Virus record (IMG/VR): IMGVR_UViG_3300010396_000012
Coordinates: 1 to 62,651 of that record
DNA length: 62,651 bases
From: a virus
Lineage: Duplodnaviria > Caudoviricetes
Direction: 5' to 3' (one strand)
Position numbers and translations under genes: made by a program. Shown here piece after piece: positions 54,833 to 62,651 of the stretch. Position 1 is the stretch's first letter. The number at the start of each line of letters is the position of its first letter. Under the pieces are notes generated by a model. That model worked only from the letters and a program-made list of their open reading frames with translations. It searched no databases and had not been told where the DNA came from.

Positions 54833-56637
54833 TGTTCTGTGAGGTCTTCGGTTGAGGTAGCGATGTGGAGTTCGTAGACGTTGGCCGTCCCTTCCAACTC
54901 AAACTCGTACTCTACGCCTTGAACGGACGGCGGTAAAGTAAATGGCTTCTGGCTGTATACTGGCGTGTCGTAAGTGCAGCATCCATCGACGTAGACACGG
55001 AACCGCAGCGTCCCACAATCATGCAGGATTTTAGCGGCTGCGAACGTCGTAATGCCGGGAAGCACGAATCGCTTCGACTTCCAGCTATACGTTAACTTCT
55101 GTGCGTCTCGATAAGCGTCTTTAGCCCCCATATTTGGGAATGGCATTTCCCAAACACCACCTGCATTGTCTAGTACAGCTAGACCATTATTCGTCCACAC
55201 ACTGCTCAAGACATCCGGGCTTTTGTAGTCGAACGTGCTTAGACGAGCGTAAGGACGGTCACCGTCCAACGTAGAGCCGGTATCGAACATATACCCGATA
55301 GGCAGGAATGACCCACCATTGATCGGCACATCGCAGAATCCAAAGTATATGCCATGGTAGAAGATACCATACGTAGTGTCCGCAAAGTCTACATCTACGC
55401 ATGTTAACGCATTAGCATTGGTCGAGTCCAAGTATTGCGCATGATATAGTGGATAGACAGAGTTAGTCAAAGACGAGGTAAGCACACGCATACCTTCTTG
55501 ACTGAGCGATATGAGGCCCGAGGGAGAGGCGTAGACCGCACCCGAAGGAGTCTCGGCCATCGTATTCACTAGACACGGGTAGGACTCTTGCGCCGGAATG
55601 ATATTCGCCTGCAAACCTACTTCGCCCATGCTAAGCGAAAGCACGTACGGCTTTGCTTCTGTACCTACGTACACCGTGTCGTAATGCGACGCCATTGCGG
55701 TGATGTTGACCGGCACTTGGTACGTGTTCTCTGTGGGCCACGCATGCGTCATATGCCGTTCGGACACCGCAATGGTGCCATCCGAGGTAGCGGCCACTAG
55801 CCAGCCGCCTTCGGTGTTGCAAAGATAGTTGTAGGTGTAGATAGCTGGCGGATAGAACCGTCCCGCTAGGTACCGATCCAAGGGCTTCGTGGTGACGCTG
55901 CCATTGTCAATGAAGCTGTACTCGCGCCCAAGACCTGCTGAGTAAGCTACGTACGAATTAATATCCGCACACAGATACCAGTCGGTGTCCAGCTTGTTGT
56001 CCAACTCCTGCCCCGTGGACAATCCTGTCATACTGCGGTACAGACGCAGATGGCAATTCTCGCGTATGTTAGCTGCCTGCACACGAGCAAGCACCCAGCA
56101 ACTATCGCCTTCAAAATACTGCGCCGTAGCACTTTGGCCCGGTAGCAACGAGAGCGGCGATTCTTCGGTCTTATTACCCGTCGTGCGTACCAAGCTGCAT
56201 GCATAGATGCGGTTCACAGGTTTCTGTGATTGATACTCCGGTGTCCACGTCATCGTGGTCTGCGACATCATGACTGGCGCAGTCACACCGACTTCCAAGA
56301 TGGCGTCGATGTTGACGAAATTATTCTGATAGCAGATATTGCTGCGATCCGAGTCTACGATAGATGGATTCAGTCCAATGACTGTACCTGTAGGATATGT
56401 TGGATCATTCAGTATAACTGCTTTCTGTAGATTGATGGTGTACAGATTCGTACCATCGAAACCCAGTGTGTAGCGATTGACCAACCCACCCTGCTTACTC
56501 TGCCATTTAGCAAGCGGACGCAATGCACCGTCCCACAACAAACAGTTATGAGCTACCTGTGCCACATCAGGGTCAGCATTGCGGGTAGCAATACTGAGGT
56601 TCATACCCCCGAAGCGTTTTATGCGGATGCTAGGCAT
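54829..56637 (-). CDS. Tail nozzle/stabilisation protein (tail tubular B or P22 gp10-like)
   Basis: 602 aa beta-rich; F.G...A.NC...G.LRP, HAWP, YAS..GL and WKSK.F motifs. Confidence 0.7.
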   Translation of the reverse strand: MPSIRIKRFGGMNLSIATRNADPDVAQVAHNCLLWDGALRPLAKWQSKQGGLVNRYTLGFDGTNLYTINLQKAVILNDPTYPTGTVIGLNPSIVDSDRSNICYQNNFVNIDAILEVGVTAPVMMSQTTMTWTPEYQSQKPVNRIYACSLVRTTGNKTEESPLSLLPGQSATAQYFEGDSCWVLARVQAANIRENCHLRLYRSMTGLSTGQELDNKLDTDWYLCADINSYVAYSAGLGREYSFIDNGSVTTKPLDRYLAGRFYPPAIYTYNYLCNTEGGWLVAATSDGTIAVSERHMTHAWPTENTYQVPVNITAMASHYDTVYVGTEAKPYVLSLSMGEVGLQANIIPAQESYPCLVNTMAETPSGAVYASPSGLISLSQEGMRVLTSSLTNSVYPLYHAQYLDSTNANALTCVDVDFADTTYGIFYHGIYFGFCDVPINGGSFLPIGYMFDTGSTLDGDRPYARLSTFDYKSPDVLSSVWTNNGLAVLDNAGGVWEMPFPNMGAKDAYRDAQKLTYSWKSKRFVLPGITTFAAAKILHDCGTLRFRVYVDGCCTYDTPVYSQKPFTLPPSVQGVEYEFELEGTANVYELHIATSTEDLTEQ

Positions 56638-58058
56638 TAGACAATAATCGCGGCCAATGTTGCTGCAGTAACCGTCTGCGTTCCTGCGAGGGCTGTGGTA
56701 CTGATAGTGATCGTAGCCGAGCTAAGCGGGCCTTGCACCAAGCACACGATACACTGCTTACCTGCTACGGCGATACGGCTTGAATAAAGCACGACAGCAC
56801 CAGAAGTGATTATCGCCACACCAAAAGCTGGTGTTCCCGCAGCAGTATCGGTTACGCATACTTCGCCAACAAGGAGCGCCGTCTGCCCTGTGGTTAAGGT
56901 AAGGCTTGTAGCGGTAGCAGCGACGGTATTTGTGTACGCACTAGCCGCTTCACCTGCATGCGTACCCGCGCCGACAATAGTGGCGCTGAGAGCCGCAATC
57001 GCTTGGGCTACTACCTTGGAAGTCGTTGCCAGTGTGTCTTCGGCGGGGTTGAACGTCCCTGAACTATCGGCCATGGCTACAATACCATGGACACCGACGG
57101 CCGCATTGTTCAGCGTGATGTTATAGGTCGAGCCTACCTTGACGATATTGCCGCCATTGGTAAGCACTACGTTGCCGACAGGCGCAAAGCCTGACGTGAT
57201 GTTCGTTATCTGCCCTTGGGCATTGATCGTGAGGTCGCCGTACGTGCCTGCCGCAACACCCGTGTTCGAGAGGCTAAGCGTCGGGTTAACTGTTGGCGTG
57301 CCAGACAGCGAAAGTCCCGTACCCACGTTGACTTGCTGGACAGTGCCCGTACCACCGCCACCGCCGCCCGTGATCGTGAAGCCCGCTGCCCACGACCCCG
57401 TAACGGTAATGCCACCCGCACCTGTAAAGGTCGGCCCCGTCAGCCCGAGGGTAAGCATGGTACCCGCGATGCTACCCGTAAGGATAGGGCTATTGATCGT
57501 AAGTGTGGTTATACCGCCTGTACCACTGCCGCCACTACTGCTTCCCCCGCAGCACCCGGCGTCATTCCCTTCGTAGGAAAACACCAGATTGGGCCACACG
57601 CCTTGTACGGATATGCCGTCGCTGCCCAAGAAGTTAGGCGGCTGCGTTCCTACGGTATAGGTTGTCGTAGAGCCGGCAACAGCGCTAGTGACTTGCGAGA
57701 TACCATTACCCTGCACCACGACATTAGCTGGCGAGGGGTTAGCCGCAATAATGTCCTGAATAGCCTGCGCGCCAACGTGGTCGTAAATCTGCGTGTTGAC
57801 GGCACTAAAAGGCTGCGCGGTAGACCCTGACTGCGCACGCACCACTTCAAGATAATTGGTCTGTGTGCTGATGACCTTGACTTCTTCCGAGTAAATCTCA
57901 TTCGTCAGAGTAAGGTACGTCCAGTCTCCTGCTACGAAGTTAAGGTTCGCATTGATGATCGACAGCGTGTTCGCATCGACAGGAAGCAATTGAGTAGCCG
58001 CCGAGACATCGCTCGTCAGCGTACCTTCGACCTTGGTATAGAGAATCTTGAGAGCCAT
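56637..58058 (-). CDS. Tail fibre-like protein with the shared N-terminal attachment domain
   Basis: VRAQSGSTAQPF motif; G/T-rich GTV..V..GTGL and TGV.AGTY...T..AQG.IT repeats. Confidence 0.75.
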   Translation of the reverse strand: MALKILYTKVEGTLTSDVSAATQLLPVDANTLSIINANLNFVAGDWTYLTLTNEIYSEEVKVISTQTNYLEVVRAQSGSTAQPFSAVNTQIYDHVGAQAIQDIIAANPSPANVVVQGNGISQVTSAVAGSTTTYTVGTQPPNFLGSDGISVQGVWPNLVFSYEGNDAGCCGGSSSGGSGTGGITTLTINSPILTGSIAGTMLTLGLTGPTFTGAGGITVTGSWAAGFTITGGGGGGTGTVQQVNVGTGLSLSGTPTVNPTLSLSNTGVAAGTYGDLTINAQGQITNITSGFAPVGNVVLTNGGNIVKVGSTYNITLNNAAVGVHGIVAMADSSGTFNPAEDTLATTSKVVAQAIAALSATIVGAGTHAGEAASAYTNTVAATATSLTLTTGQTALLVGEVCVTDTAAGTPAFGVAIITSGAVVLYSSRIAVAGKQCIVCLVQGPLSSATITISTTALAGTQTVTAATLAAIIV

Positions 58059-58073
58059 GATCTTTGCTACCTA

Positions 58074-58280
58074 TCAGTTAAACGATATTTGTCCTTGATT
58101 ACCACTACCGCCTCCACCACTAGCAGGCATTACTCCTATGCCTATAGTCTTCGTTATTAGATTAGTAAATAGCGAAGACACAGATGCCGATTTTATAAGT
58201 GTAGTAGCATCTTTCGGCGCAAATCCCGAATTAGCGAAGTTCACTAAAAGCTCTGGGAATTGTGTGGTTATTACAGCCAT
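58074..58280 (-). CDS. Small tail-associated protein
   Basis: 68 aa, TAATG coupling. Confidence 0.55.
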   Translation of the reverse strand: MAVITTQFPELLVNFANSGFAPKDATTLIKSASVSSLFTNLITKTIGIGVMPASGGGGSGNQGQISFN

Positions 58281-59197
58281 TACTGGAACTTCATGAGGAG
58301 TGAATACAGGGTATTAGCTGGTAGAGCAGCCCCCATCGCACCACTACCGATCATCAAATAATCTTGCGCTGTGGCCCCGACTACAGCAGTATGCGCTGTA
58401 GCCCCCTGTGCTGTTTCTGCTATCAGTCCTTGGATAACCCAATTAACTGGGGTTATCAATGGCAAGCATGCAAAGCATGGGAACACCTGAATGTCGCCAC
58501 TTGGTATCGCAGTAGCGCTTAGCGCGTATGGCGCTAATGAAAAATAAGAAGTAGTAGTGAAAGACAACCCCGTAGTTGTATTCATACAGTACATAACCCA
58601 CGGATTGTTCTGTGGAGTACCATACGCTACAGTGTTCTTTAGGAAGATGTATCCCCCACCGATATAGTTACCACTGCTATCTGACGGACGCCCGATCATG
58701 AACGCCGCATTAGGCCATATTCCACCATTATACGCCGTTACTCCTTCCAACTTATGTACTACCCCAAGATAGCTTCCGTCGAAGCAGAAATACGACTGGT
58801 ACGGAGTAGTTGTTGAACGTATCCCACCAGATGCTCGATCGTACACATGCAAGGCGGTGCGTGCCATTAGACTACCACTTAGTGTACCCGCTCCATTCGT
58901 AGCGGTACCTATAGTAATCCATATATCAGGCTGTGCTACTAGCGGGCCTGTACCATACTCCACCTTGATGAATATGGGGTATGTAGCCTGCAAGGCGTCA
59001 GTAAACTTATATACTTCATATCCTGCAGCGGTGTTAGCCACGGTAGGATGTAACACTGTAGTCCAGTTAATCTGCCCCGTATCTGTAGTTACGGCCAGCC
59101 CGCATGCTTGTAGCGCATTGGAGAACTCTAGCCCCCATGCACGGAAATCTGCATCAGTAGTGTTCGCAAATACAGTGGAAAAAGTTTGAGTGGTCAT
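58280..59197 (-). CDS. Putative receptor-binding/tail protein (tandem paralog 2)
   Basis: FRAWG...DTGQINWTTV...GYE.Y.FTDALQAT.PIF.K.EYG shared with 59199-60140. Confidence 0.7.
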   Translation of the reverse strand: MTTQTFSTVFANTTDADFRAWGLEFSNALQACGLAVTTDTGQINWTTVLHPTVANTAAGYEVYKFTDALQATYPIFIKVEYGTGPLVAQPDIWITIGTATNGAGTLSGSLMARTALHVYDRASGGIRSTTTPYQSYFCFDGSYLGVVHKLEGVTAYNGGIWPNAAFMIGRPSDSSGNYIGGGYIFLKNTVAYGTPQNNPWVMYCMNTTTGLSFTTTSYFSLAPYALSATAIPSGDIQVFPCFACLPLITPVNWVIQGLIAETAQGATAHTAVVGATAQDYLMIGSGAMGAALPANTLYSLLMKFQ

Positions 59198-59198
59198 A

Positions 59199-60140
59199 TC
59201 ATTCCCACAACATCAACATGGAGTAGTTATTGTTTGACGGTAATCCCCACCCAGCAGACGCCATGCCCGTCATTATGTATGTGTGTGAAGCAGCTCCTAC
59301 TGGGGTCGCCTTTATGGATACACCTAACGGGAGTTCTGCATTTAGCCCGTACAATAGCCATTGATTAGGGGATACTTCTGGATACACCCCATAAGTGGGG
59401 AACACTTGGAACTGTGCGCCACCTACGGCCGAGGTTGTCATTTGGTATGGCACCCAACTGAAATACCCGCTTGCCTGCGAATACATTATACCCGTAGTAG
59501 TGTTTATACAGAAGGTCTGCGCCACATCGTAGAATACAGATGCAGGATTGGTGGCGTCCTGCATGCACACCATTGTCTTGTTGCCTACGTACGCCCCAGT
59601 ATTATCTACTGCTCGCCCAATAGTAAACATAGTAGCACCGCCGGTTTGGCCTGAATACGTATTGTACAAGCCACCTACTTTTAGCGCTACCCCTAAAAAG
59701 CTTCCATTAAAACTCACAAATGTCGGAAACGACACTGTATTGTACCCTATCACCCGAGCATTTTGCCCGGATGAATTACACATAATCTGTGTGCGTGTAG
59801 TTAGAATACCTGTAAGGGTGCCCGTACCGTTAGACCCTTGACCTACGGTAAGCCATAAGGCTGGACTACCGTAGTTCGTAAGCGTTGTGCCAGTCCCGTA
59901 CTCTATCTTTACGAATATGGGAGACGTAGCTTGCAGCGCATCCGTGAACTGATATATCTCGTATCCTGCTGGGGTATTCGCGCCCGCAGGACGAGCTACC
60001 GTCGTCCAATTAATCTGTCCAGTATCTGCAGAGGGTACTAAGCCACACGTCTGCATTGCTGCAGACAGCGCAGACCCCCACGCTCGAAACTCTGCGTCAG
60101 TAGTATGCGACCACGCGGTCGAATATATGGATGTGGTCAT
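59199..60140 (-). CDS. Putative receptor-binding/tail protein (tandem paralog 1)
   Basis: Same motifs as 58280-59197. Confidence 0.7.
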   Translation of the reverse strand: MTTSIYSTAWSHTTDAEFRAWGSALSAAMQTCGLVPSADTGQINWTTVARPAGANTPAGYEIYQFTDALQATSPIFVKIEYGTGTTLTNYGSPALWLTVGQGSNGTGTLTGILTTRTQIMCNSSGQNARVIGYNTVSFPTFVSFNGSFLGVALKVGGLYNTYSGQTGGATMFTIGRAVDNTGAYVGNKTMVCMQDATNPASVFYDVAQTFCINTTTGIMYSQASGYFSWVPYQMTTSAVGGAQFQVFPTYGVYPEVSPNQWLLYGLNAELPLGVSIKATPVGAASHTYIMTGMASAGWGLPSNNNYSMLMLWE

Positions 60141-60805
60141 ACCCGTTTCCCTAAAAGCGCTAAGTTAAACCACGTAGCCGTACTAGCTGATTTAACCGTA
60201 ATCTCTACAACTGCCCCTAATGGTATATTCACACTAGCCCAAGTAGACAGATCATTAGAAGAATTGTACGTAGAGCCAGCAATCGTAGGAAAGTTCCCCG
60301 TACCTACTATAGTAGATGTAGCTCCACCTAATGCACCTACTTTCACGTCTACTACGACTGATCCAGATGGATCGCACTGGATACTCCAACCCGTAAGTTG
60401 GTATGCTGCAGTAGAGATTCCTGTTACTCCTTCACCCGCCGTTAGGACAGCGCCACCAACTGACCCGGAGGAAGCATTTATACCCCCCGCTACTGGCGTA
60501 GTAGACGTATAGATAGGAGCTTCTGGATTAGTGTTGTCTATAGTAAGATTGTTACCTGCTACTGGAATAGGTACGGATACTTTTGGGTGGTTAACGTCCG
60601 TGGCATCTACGACAACACCGCCTGTGCCCGCCACTATGGTCTGTACCGATTGACGCAACGCTATGTCTGCAACCTTAGCAGCGGTAGTTTGCTGACTTGC
60701 GCCCGCACCGCCACCATCCTGTATTTCCATCAACTCGGTGCCTACCAACGAGGTCGGGCCTGCTGGTAGATCGCCGATGGTTTTAACTGTGGTTTCGACG
60801 GCCAT
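60137..60805 (-). CDS. Tail fibre-associated protein
   Basis: AG....ID.T.P..P repeats and a GW....D.SGSVVVDV C-terminal domain. Confidence 0.65.
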   Translation of the reverse strand: MAVETTVKTIGDLPAGPTSLVGTELMEIQDGGGAGASQQTTAAKVADIALRQSVQTIVAGTGGVVVDATDVNHPKVSVPIPVAGNNLTIDNTNPEAPIYTSTTPVAGGINASSGSVGGAVLTAGEGVTGISTAAYQLTGWSIQCDPSGSVVVDVKVGALGGATSTIVGTGNFPTIAGSTYNSSNDLSTWASVNIPLGAVVEITVKSASTATWFNLALLGKRV

Positions 60806-61371
60806 TAAATATATTCTCGATAACTACCATCTATGGTCTGACGATAGTACCCTTCTGTCACAATGCGAAGTTTGTAGTAATTCAGTGGAATGGGCGGTGG
60901 CAGCGATGGCGAAAGTGGATTGCTGCACCCTGCATTATCCGAAATGTCTTGGATCATCCATAAGCCTTCATCGCTACCATCAACTGTGCACCCACCTAAT
61001 CCTACAATGTCGAGTTCAGTGTAAAACAGCACATTATTTATGTACTGCAGTGGATACTGCACAGTAAGCTGCGCGCCCACATAGTCCACCGCGTCCTGAA
61101 TCTCCGCCGAGGATACCCCGTATGCTATGGAAGTTCCTGCGGCCCATGCTACGCGATCCGACCCGCTTACTCCCCGGATAACGAGTGCTATATTCGGCGC
61201 TTCCAATAGCTGTATTTTAACTACTTCCTGTTTCCCCACTATGAGATAACAATAATCTCCCGCCAGCAGCGTGTTCAGGTAGCCCCACGTAGCTGCGTCT
61301 AGGACGAGGATATTATCCGTCGTCTTGGCTGGTGCAGCCAGAGTTCCGTTGGCTAGATACGCTCGCTTCAC
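60805..61371 (-). CDS. Virion protein with the shared N-terminal attachment domain
   Basis: MKRAYLANGTL...DYCYL...EVVKI...IRG..G....W.AG. Confidence 0.7.
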   Translation of the reverse strand: MKRAYLANGTLAAPAKTTDNILVLDAATWGYLNTLLAGDYCYLIVGKQEVVKIQLLEAPNIALVIRGVSGSDRVAWAAGTSIAYGVSSAEIQDAVDYVGAQLTVQYPLQYINNVLFYTELDIVGLGGCTVDGSDEGLWMIQDISDNAGCSNPLSPSLPPPIPLNYYKLRIVTEGYYRQTIDGSYREYI

Positions 61372-61955
61372 AGTAGCTTCGCTCGTAGCTTTAGTTGCAC
61401 TCGGTTGATGCCATTCATACCTGCCTTGACCAACGTACCATTAATGCTGGCCCGCAGTAAATACTCCACACCATATCGGTCACGCTGCCGCCGATAGTAC
61501 AGATTGTTGTTATTCGTGTAGAGCAGGCATATATCACTTATGCCATTCTCCCACGGACGTTTTTCGTCCAGCGTGCAAACTACTGAGTCTACCGTAGGTG
61601 GAAGTTGCGTTGTCGTAGGGCCGGGAATAGTCGTGTCATACCACCAGTAACTCCACTGTCCCTTCGACAAGTACGCTACGAATGGACGCATGTTCTGATC
61701 GAAGCAACAACGTATGGAATCTACTGGTACGCCGGGGGTAAGTATGACTTGTCGATTTACTGTAGGTGCACTTGCATATACAGAGGTTTGGTCAGTGTCG
61801 AAAGTCCATAGCTGGTACTCAAGACCGTAGGTAGGATCATCGAGTCCTTTCGCACCCATTTCGTAGTCGATGGTGTCCGTAGGATCAACCACATCTAGCC
61901 CACGCCATGTATAGTGGAAAGCTACATCCGACAATACATTATTCGGAAAGCCCAT
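61368..61955 (-). CDS. Tail tip/assembly protein of the type seen in pilus-dependent phages
   Basis: Start refined to MGFPNN (TAATG); DYEMG, FDQNMRP, WYD, LD.KR, SDI and RQRDRY..EY motifs. Confidence 0.75.
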   Translation of the reverse strand: MGFPNNVLSDVAFHYTWRGLDVVDPTDTIDYEMGAKGLDDPTYGLEYQLWTFDTDQTSVYASAPTVNRQVILTPGVPVDSIRCCFDQNMRPFVAYLSKGQWSYWWYDTTIPGPTTTQLPPTVDSVVCTLDEKRPWENGISDICLLYTNNNNLYYRRQRDRYGVEYLLRASINGTLVKAGMNGINRVQLKLRAKLL

Positions 61956-62651
61956 TACGGGTACCGTCCCCATGATCCACGGAACGACATCTGCAACTGT
62001 TGGCCGCTCGTCTTCACGATAGGCGTGCTGAGGTTACCGAACTGATACTGCAGTAAGCCATGGTTGTATGTAATGGACGCAATGGTACCCGTCGCGGTAC
62101 CCGTAGGCATCGTCAACGTGTAGTCGTAATACCATGTGCCAGAATTGGCGATGTCATTCACCCAGTCGATGAACGACCCCGGATTGCTGTTGCCCTGACT
62201 GACGCCGATCTGGCCGGTAGGCTGTCCTGTAACCGTTCCGATGGCCCCCGTGTAAAAACCTACGGTAGGTACATTACCATCCAGACCGCCATTAAGATTC
62301 GGCGTCGTGCCGATGTTACACATCCGATAGATGCCCGTAACCGGCGAGCTATTCAGATTAAAGCTAAATGCTGTGTCTGACGTGTCGATGTAGTAGTTGA
62401 TCTGGTACGTGACTGTCAGCACTTCGTCAGACAGTACCGTAATCGTCGTCGGATTACCGCCAGCATCCACGATCAAAGCATGGCTGAACAAGCCATTCGT
62501 GTAGCTCGTACCCCCCGGATATACACCAATCTCGGTAAGATTGCCCGCAGCTACGCCCGTGGGGAACAGGTAATTAATCCGCGCCCACCAGTACGGCGGA
62601 TTGGGGCTGGCAGCAGGTACATACCCTGACGAGTTGTAGGTTAGCCAGCCC
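61955..62651 (-). CDS. 3' part of the junction-spanning tail protein (starts at 464)
   Basis: Open frame from the window end to TAA at 61955-61957; ends W.RY. Confidence 0.85.
   Translation of the reverse strand, partial: GWLTYNSSGYVPAASPNPPYWWARINYLFPTGVAAGNLTEIGVYPGGTSYTNGLFSHALIVDAGGNPTTITVLSDEVLTVTYQINYYIDTSDTAFSFNLNSSPVTGIYRMCNIGTTPNLNGGLDGNVPTVGFYTGAIGTVTGQPTGQIGVSQGNSNPGSFIDWVNDIANSGTWYYDYTLTMPTGTATGTIASITYNHGLLQYQFGNLSTPIVKTSGQQLQMSFRGSWGRYP
62529..62651. repeat. Exact terminal direct repeat, copy 2
   Basis: Identical to 1-123. Confidence 0.97.

Noticed and set aside
58280-60140. Diversity-generating retroelement or invertible tail switch
   Set aside because: No reverse transcriptase or invertase recognised; the paralogs differ throughout rather than at adenines, and are in direct orientation

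Overview
This window is an essentially complete, circularly closed dsDNA tailed-phage genome of about 62,528 bp; bases 1-123 are repeated exactly at 62529-62651 and one tail gene reads through the junction. It has podovirus-type organisation in two divergent arms. The minus-strand arm (12492 down to 1, continuing 62528 down to 43521) carries TerS/TerL, an endolysin-holin-Rz/Rz1 lysis cassette, portal, scaffold, major capsid, adaptors, several tail appendage genes, a nozzle-like protein, ejection proteins and a 2455-aa polyvalent-type internal protein. The plus-strand arm (12860-43468) carries sigma70-driven early genes (MoxR/CobS-like AAA plus partner, amidoligase, GNAT, a minimal protein kinase), nucleotide metabolism (MazG-like, ThyX, DUF3310, SLOG), CsrA, family A DNA polymerase, ATP ligase, PD-(D/E)XK exonuclease, VRR-NUC, SNF2 helicase, an Acb2-type anti-CBASS sponge and a DUF927 primase-helicase. 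I recognised no integrase, repressor or tRNA, so it is probably lytic. The spanins indicate a Gram-negative host, and CsrA suggests a gammaproteobacterium. The most notable unannotated signals are RNA-level. (i) A GGA-rich, hairpin-forming intergenic segment (26117-26272) resembles a CsrB/RsmZ-type sponge, in a genome that also encodes its own CsrA with a GGA-loop leader. (ii) A ~180-nt two-domain structured RNA candidate (23604-23780) has complementary kissing loops and a C-rich anti-Shine-Dalgarno-like loop. All family assignments come from motif recognition by eye; no database searches were run.
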